Below are positions 42,414 to 52,532 of a stretch of DNA of 64,000 nucleotides, one piece after another; position 1 is the first letter of the stretch, and each line of letters opens with the position of its first letter. Source of the stretch: Alkalispirochaeta sp. (GTDB lineage Bacteria; Spirochaetota; Spirochaetia; DSM-27196; Alkalispirochaetaceae); the NCBI GenBank assembly GCA_965242725.1, contig CBDESZ010000030.1, positions 32,001 through 96,000 of the forward strand, read 5' to 3'. The notes beneath the pieces are model-generated. The model was not told the DNA's origin, ran no database searches, and worked only from the letters and a program-made list of their open reading frames with translations. Made by a program: the position numbers and the translations under genes.

Positions 42414-44054
42414 ATGGACCATCCTGCCCTCTCGACGGGGCTTATCACCTACATTGGTAATAAACGCTCCCTCATTCCATTCATTTCAGGTGCGCTGGAC
42501 CGTATCGAATCCGAGCGCGGACCGACCGAAACGATGGCAGACCCCTTTGCAGGTTCCGGCGTTGTGGCGCGCCTGGGTCGCCTGCGAGGGTATCGCGTCG
42601 CGGCGGGGGACCTGGAAGTCTATACCCGTCCCTTTGGAAGGGCCTTTCTTGAAGTAGATCGGGACGAGGTGGACGCCGTCTTCTCCGAATCGGGAGGGTA
42701 TCAGGAGACCATTTCATACCTCAACAGCCTCACCCGTCCCGAGAGGAGCGACGATTGCCTCTTTTCCGCGCATTACGCTCCGTCGGAGACACAATCGGCC
42801 GATCCGGAACGTGAGCGCATGTTCTTCACGAGGGAAAACGCCCTTCGCATTGACGCAATGCTTGCGGCGATTCATCGCGATCTGCCCCTCACACCGCAGG
42901 GACGGGACATTCTCCTGGCAAGCCTCCTCGTGGAAATGAGCATACACAACAACACCTCGGGAGTGATGAAGGGTTTTCATCACGGATGGGGCGGGAGAGG
43001 GGGCGACGCCCTCGCCAGGATCATGGCGCCGGTCATGCTGGAAGAACTACCCTTCATCGACGGCCCGCGGGGTTATACCCATGTCGGACCGGCTGATTCC
43101 CTCGCGACGGCGGCGCGGGACTCCATGGGTATCGATTCTTTTGACGTGGTCTACGCCGACCCTCCCTACAACATCCACCAGTACGGCGCCAATTATCACC
43201 TTCTCACGACGGCGGTCCGATGGGACTTTTACGATCCCGGTCCGGTGGAACGGGGAGCCCGGGCGGGGATCAGACGTGACCATAACAAGTCCGACTTCTG
43301 CAGCCGCCGCGGTGACCGCGCACGGGTCGCCTTTGAGAGCTTCCTTGATTCCATTACGACCCGGACCGTACTCGTTTCATACAATAACGACGGTATCATC
43401 GACGCGCCGACGATGGCCGAAATCCTTATGGAGGATGGAATTAATACCGTTATTCCTCTCGTGCGGGAGCACCACAAGTTCCGCGGCGGTAAAGCGACAC
43501 AGAGCGCCCTTCGGACAGACGAGTATCTTTTTATTGTCTATCGGGGGAAGCGTCAGAGCAGCACTGAACGGGACGGACTGCGGCGATACATGGAAGACCT
43601 CGCACTGCGGCGGGAGCTCAATGACCGGTTCATCCTTCCTTCACGATGGCAGGGGCAGGACCGGTCCGCCCGCTACAATAAGGACTCTTCCACGTGGATT
43701 CTGAAAACCGGCAGCGGCGGTCACATTCAGCTGTCCGACGATTTTCGGGTGCGTCACGTCTCCCGGGACAATGCTGATACGGGACAATCCGACGAATGGC
43801 ACCGAATCGTGAAGGTCGCGCGATTAAGCAGCGGCACAATGGTGGAGACTGTGGATGAACTCATACGACATGAAATGTATGACGCCGCAATCAGACAGCT
43901 TCGCCGATTGAAGATAAAGAAGTATCGCAGCGACTTCCTCCGGATCGTCCGGGAGCTGCGCCACAGGGAGCTGACATCGGCGGGCAGGCGGCGTCTGTCC
44001 GCCCTCTATACCCGCGTCACCGGCGAGGTCCTGGAGGATGATGGGATTTACTGA
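42414..44054 (+). CDS. DNA adenine (N6) methyltransferase, alpha/D12-like, with C-terminal extension
   Basis: YIGNK, DPFAGSG (motif I), ADPPY (motif IV), VSYN; start ATG 42414. Confidence 0.88.
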   Translation: MDHPALSTGLITYIGNKRSLIPFISGALDRIESERGPTETMADPFAGSGVVARLGRLRGYRVAAGDLEVYTRPFGRAFLEVDRDEVDAVFSESGGYQETISYLNSLTRPERSDDCLFSAHYAPSETQSADPERERMFFTRENALRIDAMLAAIHRDLPLTPQGRDILLASLLVEMSIHNNTSGVMKGFHHGWGGRGGDALARIMAPVMLEELPFIDGPRGYTHVGPADSLATAARDSMGIDSFDVVYADPPYNIHQYGANYHLLTTAVRWDFYDPGPVERGARAGIRRDHNKSDFCSRRGDRARVAFESFLDSITTRTVLVSYNNDGIIDAPTMAEILMEDGINTVIPLVREHHKFRGGKATQSALRTDEYLFIVYRGKRQSSTERDGLRRYMEDLALRRELNDRFILPSRWQGQDRSARYNKDSSTWILKTGSGGHIQLSDDFRVRHVSRDNADTGQSDEWHRIVKVARLSSGTMVETVDELIRHEMYDAAIRQLRRLKIKKYRSDFLRIVRELRHRELTSAGRRRLSALYTRVTGEVLEDDGIY

Positions 44055-45373
44055 AGAAATTGACCCTGCATATCCACACCGGTTACACCGGTGACCTTCA
44101 CCCGGATGATCTGCCCGGGGGTGACGGAATCGGGGACACCGTGAACAACCACCAGCCCGTCCACGTCGGGCGCCTGCAGGGGCGACCTTCCAAGCACAAC
44201 CGGGACGCCGTCCATGCATTCTTCAACGAGAACGGGAAGAGCCCGTCCCTCAAACCGTGACAATCTGCGATAGACTACTGCCTCCTGGGCGTGTTCTATC
44301 GACCGCTTCCGCTCCCGCGCGAGGGAAACAGGCACTTTCGGCTTCATTTTTGCCGCGGCCGTTCCCGTCTGGGGGCTGAATTCAAATACACCGACCCACT
44401 CAAGTTCCGCCCGGTCGATAAAGTCCATGAGCTCCTGGATGTCGTTTTCGCCCTCTCCGGGAAAACCGACGATAAAGCTCGAACGCAGGGCGACATCGGG
44501 CAATACCGAGCGGATACGTTCAATCAAACGCAGATATGAATCGGCACTGCCGGGACGTCCCATACGACGAAGGACATCCCGCGATGCATGCTGAAAGGAA
44601 AGATCGAAATAGGGGAGAAACCGCCCGTCCGAGGATGCGATCTCAAGAATCTCGTCGGGGAAGGTATCGGGATAGAGGTAGAGCGGCCGCAACCAGAACT
44701 CACCCTCTTCCCGCAGCAGCGTCCGGATCAGAGTGGTAAACTCCGCATCGTCGTCGCGCCACGCCGCCAGATCCTGAGCGATCAGATTAAACTCGTATAT
44801 ACCCCGCTCCCGAAAATGTCGAAACTCTTCAACGACGTCGGAGATCGTTCGTGTCCGCAGGCGGCCACGAATTGACGGAATGGCGCAGAAGCTGCAGTTG
44901 TGCTCACACCCTTCCGCGATTTTCATATAGGCAGATCCCGGGTGGGAGAGGAGACGGTCCCGCCGACCGCCGACAAGTCGTGGCTCTCCATCGGGCAGCA
45001 GTGAATACGGCGGGGCGCCGGGGGCCCGGCCAAGGACCCCCTCCACAAACCGCACGACTTCGCCGGGCTGACGGTTCCCGAAAACCCCGGCGATCTCGGG
45101 CATTCCCCTGACAAGATCATCGGCAAAGCGCTGTGCCATACATCCCGCCATCGCCACCGGGGTGTCCGGATATGCGTGGATGAGGGACAGTGTCGTGTCT
45201 ATGGATTCCTGCTGTGCCGGCTCTATGAATCCACATGTATTTACGATGATGAAATCCGCCGAATCGGCCTCTCCGGTCCACTCCCATCCATGGAGCTGCA
45301 TGTGTCGACCCATGACTTCGGCGTCGACCTGGTTTTTTGCACACCCAAGATTTTCGATGTAAAAGGCAGGCAT
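44048..45373 (-). CDS. rimO: Ribosomal protein S12 methylthiotransferase
   Basis: LGCAKNQVD, NTCGFI, GC, CEHNCSFC radical-SAM motif, YLYP, APDVDG, TRAM domain; start ATG 45373. Confidence 0.95.
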   Translation of the reverse strand: MPAFYIENLGCAKNQVDAEVMGRHMQLHGWEWTGEADSADFIIVNTCGFIEPAQQESIDTTLSLIHAYPDTPVAMAGCMAQRFADDLVRGMPEIAGVFGNRQPGEVVRFVEGVLGRAPGAPPYSLLPDGEPRLVGGRRDRLLSHPGSAYMKIAEGCEHNCSFCAIPSIRGRLRTRTISDVVEEFRHFRERGIYEFNLIAQDLAAWRDDDAEFTTLIRTLLREEGEFWLRPLYLYPDTFPDEILEIASSDGRFLPYFDLSFQHASRDVLRRMGRPGSADSYLRLIERIRSVLPDVALRSSFIVGFPGEGENDIQELMDFIDRAELEWVGVFEFSPQTGTAAAKMKPKVPVSLARERKRSIEHAQEAVVYRRLSRFEGRALPVLVEECMDGVPVVLGRSPLQAPDVDGLVVVHGVPDSVTPGQIIRVKVTGVTGVDMQGQFLQ

Positions 45374-45389
45374 AGGACTGGTACGTACC

Positions 45390-46514
45390 CTAGTAGAGGG
45401 GAAGGACTTCCAGCTGATACTGTCCCGACGCCGCATCGTTCCAGTGAACGACTGCCGTCGCGATTTCGCCCTGGCCACCGAGCTCCACAGGTGTTCCGGC
45501 GATCTCGATGCGGGTATTACCGGCGTTGGAGATCCACAGACGGGCGATTTCATTGACCCTGACGGATAGACTCTCACCGTTCTGTACCATCCGCTCTACC
45601 CGCGGCTCTTCATCGATTTCCCATCGGAAGAGCGTCGTTCCGCGAAAGTCGATCTCAAGCAGATAGTCTTCAATCTCCGGGAACTGGCCCACCACGATCG
45701 CATCCCGCCTCCGACTCGGCTGATTGGTCTGGCCGAGGGCGAGATCGATACGTCGCGATTCCGATATTTCTCCTGCAGGAGGCGCCTCCTGACTTCCCTG
45801 GTCCAGGACCCTGTCGATTCGCACAACCGCCGAAGCGGCTTCGCCGTCGGAAGCGGGATAGATCTGCCGTACCGCGATGGTGACGTCTCCACCGCCTTCA
45901 CCGGTGAGGTCCACCAACCGTCGTTCTCCGTTGTCTATGTGAACGATGCCACCCTCACTGCCGAGAGCGACTCGTTCGGATATTTCCAGAAATTCCAGAA
46001 GAACTTCTTCTTCATCGATGGGTACCGCAACACGCTCACCCACCGCGAATCGGCGCTCCACAAACTGCTCATCAAGAACGATTGGAGCGACCGCATTTTC
46101 AGCACGTACAGAGCCGTCTGTCGTCGCTTCACCTCGCCGGGGGAGGGAAATGACGCCGGTCACGAACAGGGCAACGATTCCTCCCACGAGTAGCACGGCC
46201 AGAAAGAGGATAATCAGCCCCACAGGCGGCGGGCGCCGTCTCTTCCTATCCAGGAGTTCATCTATCGGGGCCGGTTGTTCCTGAAGACGAAGGTTGTGGT
46301 AAAGCGTAACGATCTCTTCACCTTCCAGCCCGAGATAGGAGGCGTAATTGCGCAGGAATCCGAGAAGATAGGCCTCACCGGGAAACTGGTCGAAATCCTC
46401 CGCCTCCATCGCTTCAATGAACCGTTTGGTGATATGGGTATCACGCACGGCTTGTTCGATCGACAAGTCCTTGGATTCACGAGCGGATTTGAGCTTGTTC
46501 CCGATTGATTCCAT
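45390..46514 (-). CDS. rodZ: RodZ-like HTH_25 / TM / DUF4115 protein
   Basis: IGNKLKSARE, GFLRNYASYLGL, TM helix, SNAG near C-terminus; lolA-rodZ-rimO synteny. Confidence 0.8.
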   Translation of the reverse strand: MESIGNKLKSARESKDLSIEQAVRDTHITKRFIEAMEAEDFDQFPGEAYLLGFLRNYASYLGLEGEEIVTLYHNLRLQEQPAPIDELLDRKRRRPPPVGLIILFLAVLLVGGIVALFVTGVISLPRRGEATTDGSVRAENAVAPIVLDEQFVERRFAVGERVAVPIDEEEVLLEFLEISERVALGSEGGIVHIDNGERRLVDLTGEGGGDVTIAVRQIYPASDGEAASAVVRIDRVLDQGSQEAPPAGEISESRRIDLALGQTNQPSRRRDAIVVGQFPEIEDYLLEIDFRGTTLFRWEIDEEPRVERMVQNGESLSVRVNEIARLWISNAGNTRIEIAGTPVELGGQGEIATAVVHWNDAASGQYQLEVLPLY

Positions 46515-46516
46515 TG

Positions 46517-47191
46517 TCAGCCCTCACCCTCAAAGAGAAAGTTTTCAAAGAAATTCGCCGAGGGTGGAGGATCGTATTCAAATCGACTCTCGGGTATTCC
46601 GTTGTTGACTACGATATTCTCAAAATCAAATTGCAATTCCTCATAATTGGCGGTCACACCGATGATCCGTCTGATCATCATGTCATCGTCGATCGAGAGA
46701 ATGAGCTGTCGATACCCTTCGTTGCTGGCACGCCAGTCGAGGCGGAGTTTAGTCACCAGCTCCTCCGACCCCTCTTCGAGAGGAGTCGGTTCCGGAGAGT
46801 CAAGGTAGGCAATGCTGTAGTTGCGACGCAGAAGGTTGAGCCCCTGTTCGCTGGCGAGCGTCGCAAGGGATTCATCGCTCCGGCGACGCAGCTGCTGCTG
46901 CAAGACGACATTGTATTGAGGGATATAGACCTGAAGAATTTCTCCGTCGGAGACGAGGATCTGACCTTCCGGCTCGGTATAGTCGATACGAATCAAATTG
47001 GGTAAAAGGTATTCGATCGTTCCGGTGGTCGTCGTTTCTTCCCGGGTAATGGTTATGTCCGCAGTATAGTCTTCCACCTGCCCGTACCGGGCGGAAACCC
47101 GTTCAAAAAAGGCAACTGCCGTGAGGATCTCCTGGGCCGGCGTTGAGAATACCGGTATTAGCAGCAATGCTAGAATAGTTAGTTTACGCAA
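46517..47191 (-). CDS. lolA: Outer-membrane lipoprotein carrier LolA-like protein
   Basis: Signal peptide; PNLIRIDYTEP..QILVSDG..L.VY.P; C-terminal F.YDPP. Confidence 0.8.
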   Translation of the reverse strand: MRKLTILALLLIPVFSTPAQEILTAVAFFERVSARYGQVEDYTADITITREETTTTGTIEYLLPNLIRIDYTEPEGQILVSDGEILQVYIPQYNVVLQQQLRRRSDESLATLASEQGLNLLRRNYSIAYLDSPEPTPLEEGSEELVTKLRLDWRASNEGYRQLILSIDDDMMIRRIIGVTANYEELQFDFENIVVNNGIPESRFEYDPPPSANFFENFLFEGEG

Positions 47192-47265
47192 TGTCCCCTG
47201 TCCATCGTATTGGTCTTTTCGTAGTCTAATAACTTGTTCCCGTTTGTCAACAACCGGAAGCAGCG

Positions 47266-48021
47266 CTACTCCCGCCGGCGGAGTAAGTCGCGGATCCGCG
47301 CCGCCCGTTCATAGTCTTCCGTTTCCACGGCATTTCTGAGCTCCCGTTCCAGTTGGGACCGCTCATCGGGGTCTTCCGCCTTGACATCGTCACCCGATAG
47401 CTTCCGCTGCAGGGCTCGCAGGTAGTTGACCGAACGTATGCGTTCAAACTGAAATGCAGGACTGTCGATCTCCTCAAGCTCTTCTATCCGGACAATTCCT
47501 TCATGGATTACCGCCTGGGCATTCCCCGCCATCGAACCTTCGGCAATTGCCATCGCCCGGGCGGCGGAATACATGCGGATGATGTACGGTCGAAACTGGA
47601 GGACACCGTTACGCGCCTCTTCGTTCTCGCAATACCGTTCCAGGAGATCGCATAGATTGAGATTATGGGTGGTATCCCGTACGACCCGCTCATAGTGACT
47701 GAGTTGAAAAAGGAGGAGATAGCGGTAGTAAAAGAGAACGCCCTCCCCCTGGAGGAGTGCCGCATCCTCCACTGAAACGTGAAAACCTGCGTCGCCTCCG
47801 GTGTCAACAATATGCTGTTTCAGACGATCCTGAACATATTCAAGGATGGTCCCGTACCCGTGGGGATGGGTTCCATCGGGACGGCCGTCGAGTTCGTACT
47901 GCTCTATACCCAGCGGCTGGCGAACCTGCAGGACACTTCTACCGTCCAGGGCGGTAATTATTCGCATTGCGTGTTCAGGATCATACGGCCAGGCGTTGAG
48001 AATTTCCGTAAGGTCTTCCAT
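47266..48021 (-). CDS. Conserved protein with C-terminal UVR (UvrB/UvrC) motif
   Basis: ELDGRPDG, RDT.HNL, QFRPYI; C-terminal LRNAVETEDYERAARIRD. Confidence 0.85.
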   Translation of the reverse strand: MEDLTEILNAWPYDPEHAMRIITALDGRSVLQVRQPLGIEQYELDGRPDGTHPHGYGTILEYVQDRLKQHIVDTGGDAGFHVSVEDAALLQGEGVLFYYRYLLLFQLSHYERVVRDTTHNLNLCDLLERYCENEEARNGVLQFRPYIIRMYSAARAMAIAEGSMAGNAQAVIHEGIVRIEELEEIDSPAFQFERIRSVNYLRALQRKLSGDDVKAEDPDERSQLERELRNAVETEDYERAARIRDLLRRRE

Positions 48022-48119
48022 AGCGTCTATCTTCTAAAGTATCACCCCCGACGCCTCACCGACTACTGAAGGAGGAGCGTAACGTTGTCGGAGCGGCGGT
48101 TTTGCCATACCATACCGCC

Positions 48120-48803
48120 ATGTTTGTCATATCACTAGGCGGGTCTATCGTTGTACCCGACGAGCCGGACGCGGGGTTGATTGCGGCGTACAGGGACCTT
48201 CTTTTCGAATATCTCGAAGAGACGGAGGAAAAACTCATCGTCGTCGTAGGCGGCGGCGCAACGGCGCGAAAATACCAGGGCGCTCTCCGGGATGTTGCCG
48301 GATCGGCGGGGGGCCCCGACGCCCAGGACTGGATTGGCATCATGGCGACGCGGCTCAACGCAGAACTGCTTCGTCACGCCCTTGCACCGGTCTGCAGCGA
48401 CCCCGTCGTCTACGATCCAACGGGACCGATCGCCTTTGAGGGACGTATCCTCGTAGCGGCGGGATGGAAACCGGGATTCAGTACGGACAATGACGCGGTG
48501 CTTCTGGCGGAACGCTACGGAGCGGATACGGTCATCAATTTAAGCAATATCGCCCAGGTCTATACCGACGATCCCCGGACCAACCCCTCTGCCCGCCCGC
48601 TGGAACACGTAACGTGGGAGGAGTTTCGAAGTATCGTCGGGAGTGAGTGGACACCGGGCAAGAACCTTCCCTTCGATCCCGTCGCGACACAGAGAGCCGC
48701 CGAGCTGGGGTTGCGGGTCATCGCGGCCGACGGAAAAAGCATCGAAAACACCAAGGCACTGTTGCGGGGGGAATCCTTTTTCGGAACCACTATCGGCGAC
48801 TGA
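48120..48803 (+). CDS. pyrH: UMP kinase, archaeal type
   Basis: VISLGGS, VVGGG, DWIGIMATRLNA, GWKPGFSTD, VYTDDP, PFDP, GTTI. Confidence 0.93.
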   Translation: MFVISLGGSIVVPDEPDAGLIAAYRDLLFEYLEETEEKLIVVVGGGATARKYQGALRDVAGSAGGPDAQDWIGIMATRLNAELLRHALAPVCSDPVVYDPTGPIAFEGRILVAAGWKPGFSTDNDAVLLAERYGADTVINLSNIAQVYTDDPRTNPSARPLEHVTWEEFRSIVGSEWTPGKNLPFDPVATQRAAELGLRVIAADGKSIENTKALLRGESFFGTTIGD

Positions 48804-48818
48804 CGTCGACTGAATCGA

Positions 48819-50474
48819 TCACCCTCCGGCGATGCGGGCAAGGACGGCGTTGCTTGCGGGATTGGGAAGGAAATCGGCAGGGAGCGAGACGAGAACGCGG
48901 GCGGTTTCCATCGCATTCAGGCCGTCCACGGTCGCTACGGCGCGATCAAAGTCCCCCAATCGGCGGTATATCGTCGCAGTCCGGTATCGCGGAGAGACAT
49001 CGTCCATGAAACCTGCTTCAGGTATGTCGCTCATTGCGGACAGGGCGGTTCGGGCGTCTTCCGGCCGCTCTGCCTCTTCCATGTACTCCGCAACAGAAAG
49101 CAGGACCCTGTTGTATTCGTCGATACTTCCGATCAACCCTCTCAGACGACTGAACTCGTCAAATCTCTCGGAAAAATAGTAGGACGCCCCCAGATCTGCG
49201 AGAACCTGCACCCGGACCGTCGGTTCCATGCCCGATAAAGACGCGCTTCCCAGCAGTCTGGAAACTGCCTCTCCCGGATTCCATTCAGGATGAAGCCGTG
49301 ACCGCTTCCGAATGAATTCGGCGGAGACCGTTGTCCGGGCGGAATCATCGGTCAACGCAAGCATCCGGCCGTATACGTCGCCAAGGGTGTTGGATCCGGT
49401 TACCAGGGCGATAGCCCCGGTGGCGCGGACGCGCATGCTGAGGGGACTTACATTGGCAACAATGGTTTCGAGGACGGCGCCGGCGTCGTCGGGAAGATCC
49501 GCGGTTTCCCGCGCTTCGAGGTGCAAAATGCCGTCGATGATCGCCGTTATTCGGTGGAAGTCGGAAGGTTCCACAATAAGGCCGCTTTCGGCACGCTCCA
49601 TAGCCTGACCAACCAGATATGCAACGTCTCCCGGTCGTCCCAATTGATCACTCAGGACGGCGAGGCGGATACCGAGGCTGGCCGCCGTCAATGAGGGTTC
49701 AATGATGGGCAGTACCGCAATGCTCTGCTGCACCACGGGATTCAGTGTCCGGTTGTCGTTCATGCGGGCAATGCTCTCCGCGGCGTAGACCAGAGTATCA
49801 ACCCGTGCCGTGTCGTCATCGATCAGGTACATTTCGTCGAGGGTGTGCCGGACCGAGTCCTCTTCCAGGTTGGGATTCTCAAGCTGTGCATCCAGAATTC
49901 CCCGTAACGATGAAACGATGTCACCTGAACCGTCTCCGCCGTTCCCGGCAGCCTGGTCGATCGTATCGGAGGTTACCTCTCGTGCCACAGGAACGTACCT
50001 GTCGTCCGCTCCGGCAAGGGCATGCCACGCCCGCACCCGTTCAACTTTCGCCTGGAGGGTTGGTTCAGTGTCCCGCGCGAGGATATGCTCATCAGCAGCC
50101 CTCAGGACCGCTTCCGCCCGGTCGAGGCGGGACATCTCCGTAAACCGGCGCGAAGCGTTGCTGTAGACGATGAGGAGATCGTCTATCGGTCCGTCCTGAA
50201 CGAGAGAAAAGGCGACATCAAAGTGATTTACACCGGAGAAAAACGGTTCGACGACGGCAGGTGCTCCCTGGGCGCTGCGACAACCGACGGTTATCGAAAA
50301 CACGACGATCACGGCAACAATCGTACGTATGAGAGATGCAGGGGAAGAAACGATTACCGATTCAGGACAACGGGCATCGCAACCGACGGGTGTATCTTTC
50401 CAGTAGCAAAATTCGGCGTCTCCGCGGTCATTCATCGTCCAAACGAACATAGGCGATTCCATTCTTTTGGTCAA
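48819..50474 (-). CDS. Helical-repeat (TPR-like) putative lipoprotein; true start probably downstream of the ORF start
   Basis: Hydrophobic IVAVIVVFSITVG-C lipobox candidate followed by alpha-helical repeats. Confidence 0.7.
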   Translation of the reverse strand: MTKRMESPMFVWTMNDRGDAEFCYWKDTPVGCDARCPESVIVSSPASLIRTIVAVIVVFSITVGCRSAQGAPAVVEPFFSGVNHFDVAFSLVQDGPIDDLLIVYSNASRRFTEMSRLDRAEAVLRAADEHILARDTEPTLQAKVERVRAWHALAGADDRYVPVAREVTSDTIDQAAGNGGDGSGDIVSSLRGILDAQLENPNLEEDSVRHTLDEMYLIDDDTARVDTLVYAAESIARMNDNRTLNPVVQQSIAVLPIIEPSLTAASLGIRLAVLSDQLGRPGDVAYLVGQAMERAESGLIVEPSDFHRITAIIDGILHLEARETADLPDDAGAVLETIVANVSPLSMRVRATGAIALVTGSNTLGDVYGRMLALTDDSARTTVSAEFIRKRSRLHPEWNPGEAVSRLLGSASLSGMEPTVRVQVLADLGASYYFSERFDEFSRLRGLIGSIDEYNRVLLSVAEYMEEAERPEDARTALSAMSDIPEAGFMDDVSPRYRTATIYRRLGDFDRAVATVDGLNAMETARVLVSLPADFLPNPASNAVLARIAGG

Positions 50475-50492
50475 CGAGATACAATTCGGGCA

Positions 50493-50858
50493 ATGTTTCG
50501 ATCACAGAATTTTCTCGCCCAGGAACAGAACCTGCATAAGAGCCATACCGTTGATTCCGATGGGTACTTCAATGCGCTCAGGGACGTCCTGCGACGGCAT
50601 CTGCCCCGCTTCAATGAAGAGTTTATCGCGGAAGTATTCGATTTTGCCATGGGACGCGGCGAAGACACCGAAGGGTCCGTTCAATTCATGGCTGACACGG
50701 TAGATTTGTTGTGGATGCAGTATGACGACCACAATGATCCCTACACCACGGAGGACTGGGTTTTTATACGGGATCTCATTAACGAAAACGCTCTTGAACT
50801 CGATATGGATCTCGTTCAGTACGTAATGGAACGTGTCGTCGCACACCATGCAATTTGA
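50493..50858 (+). CDS. Hypothetical acidic protein
   Basis: C-terminal part of ORF 50022..50858; ATG 50493 lies 7 nt after TACAAT; ends ENALELDMDLVQYVM. Confidence 0.7.
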   Translation: MFRSQNFLAQEQNLHKSHTVDSDGYFNALRDVLRRHLPRFNEEFIAEVFDFAMGRGEDTEGSVQFMADTVDLLWMQYDDHNDPYTTEDWVFIRDLINENALELDMDLVQYVMERVVAHHAI

Positions 50859-51051
50859 AGTATTGAGAAGCCTGTTGATAACTGCACCGTAACCGCCGAC
50901 AGCATAAGGACCTTTTCAATCAATGGGTAGCGACCGGAGGTAACTTGTTCTCCGGGAAAGAGCTGCCTCCGGAATATCAACACTCTTGTGAATACTGGAG
51001 AGACCTTGCACCGGGTTGGCAATGCGTGTAGTATAGCGACGCTTTTCTCGG

Positions 51052-51135
51052 GCCGGCGTGGCGGAATTGGTAGACGCAGCAGACTCAAAATCTGCCGCCC
51101 GCAAGGGTGTGGGAGTTCGAGTCTCCCCGCCGGCA
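51052..51135 (+). tRNA. tRNA-Leu(CAA)
   Basis: Acceptor GCCGGCG/CGCCGGC, D-loop GGAATTGGTAGAC, anticodon arm GCAGA-CTCAAAA-TCTGC, long variable arm, T-loop TTCGAGT; CCA not encoded. Confidence 0.97.
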
Positions 51136-51138
51136 TAC

Positions 51139-51218
51139 GATGCGTACCGGACCGGCGAAGCCGGGAGGAACGCGTCGAAATAAGATGCGTACCTTACCGG
51201 CGAAGCCGGGAGAAACGC
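51139..51218. repeat. Two tandem 35-bp palindromic (REP-like) elements
   Basis: 51139-51173 and 51184-51218, 32/35 identical, each with CCGGC-GAA-GCCGG. Confidence 0.85.
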
Positions 51219-51578
51219 AACGGCACATTACGATTCAGCTTTTTTAACCGTGTGCGGAACAATGCCTTCCGCGGCTGAGATTCCCTGATTCCATTCTGTC
51301 ATGATTCTATTCTCATCGATATTGCCCCTGAAATCGGGAGCAGGACCGTTGCCTCATTGTATCTGAACACCATTCTACATTTTCATGAACCGGTCGGTTT
51401 AAATATCACTTCCAACTATTCAGATTGAGACCCGAGTTTGTAAGTACAATGATATGCAGTAAGTAAAATAATATGTTTCACAATATTTATATTTTATTCT
51501 CATTTTATGATTGACAATTCGACAAAACCTGATAAGAATCACGTAAACATATATGACTTGTCTTTTCAGGAGGGCAAT

Positions 51579-52298
51579 ATGACCAAAAAACTGTTGGTGC
51601 TTTTTGTAATGCTGTCGGTGATCGCCGGAGTCGCTGCCGCACAGGACCTGACGATTGACTATCGGTACAATGTGAACCGAAACGACAATCGGAGTTATCT
51701 GACCTTCACCGGACCGATCCGATACATGGCAGTGGAACAGGACCACGTCGACACGACGTCGGGCGCATCGGTTAAGCAGTCTACAGAGCTGTTTCAACCG
51801 TACCGTGTAGACGTACTGGGAAAACCCGTCATTCCCCAGGGCTTCCGCGGTCTACTTCTCTTTGCCGTTGCGGTTCCGGAGCAGCGGGAGTTGGATAATC
51901 TGACGGTTACCAAGGAACGGAACGGCGTCATCACCATTCAGTATTCCCACCGGGGGACCGCCTACCGGATGATCACCGATTCTCAAGGTCGCCTCAGCTT
52001 CCCGAACGGTCGCTTCGAGCAGAGAAAAATCGGGTATATTGTCGGCGGTGATCCTCAAGTGATCAGTCGCGATTTTTCGAGCAACGGTACCGCCGCACGC
52101 ATCGATTTTGACAAGGTTTGGAACGCAAGCATTCCCGGCGGAACGGTCATTGACTCAAGCCGCTCGGACACGACCGGAGATATCGTTTCCGATGTTGCCG
52201 CCGCGGATTCCATGTTTTACTGGGATGGGCGTCTGCAGGTTGCGTTTGATCGGAACATACTCACGATCACGGGCGGGCTGAACGCCGTCAAGCGGTAA
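51579..52298 (+). CDS. Hypothetical exported protein
   Basis: SD AGGAGG, signal peptide ending AAA/Q, beta-rich mature region, own terminator. Confidence 0.85.
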   Translation: MTKKLLVLFVMLSVIAGVAAAQDLTIDYRYNVNRNDNRSYLTFTGPIRYMAVEQDHVDTTSGASVKQSTELFQPYRVDVLGKPVIPQGFRGLLLFAVAVPEQRELDNLTVTKERNGVITIQYSHRGTAYRMITDSQGRLSFPNGRFEQRKIGYIVGGDPQVISRDFSSNGTAARIDFDKVWNASIPGGTVIDSSRSDTTGDIVSDVAAADSMFYWDGRLQVAFDRNILTITGGLNAVKR

Positions 52299-52317
52299 TG
52301 TCTGTTGCGATGATTTG

Positions 52318-52349
52318 AAAAAAGCCACCCTCCGGGGTGGCTTTTTTTT
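52318..52349 (+). terminator. Intrinsic terminator
   Basis: GCCACCC-TCCG-GGGTGGC followed by T8 (A6 on the other side). Confidence 0.92.
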
Positions 52350-52532
52350 GGGGGATTTTCACCTCCCATTGAACTCCCATTGAGCGCCATGGTCCGAGTT
52401 TCTTTCGGCAGTACTTCCCTCCGCCGGACGCGAAATCGCACCTCAGTCTGTATTTCGAAATCAAAATCCGCTACTGTGTAGATATCAATGGGATCCCACG
52501 GATAAAGGACTGCGCGGAGGGAGAAAAAGGAA

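Noticed and set aside
51139..51218. Possible mini CRISPR array
   Set aside because: Only two units, 10 nt apart (too short for a spacer), and no cas genes in the window
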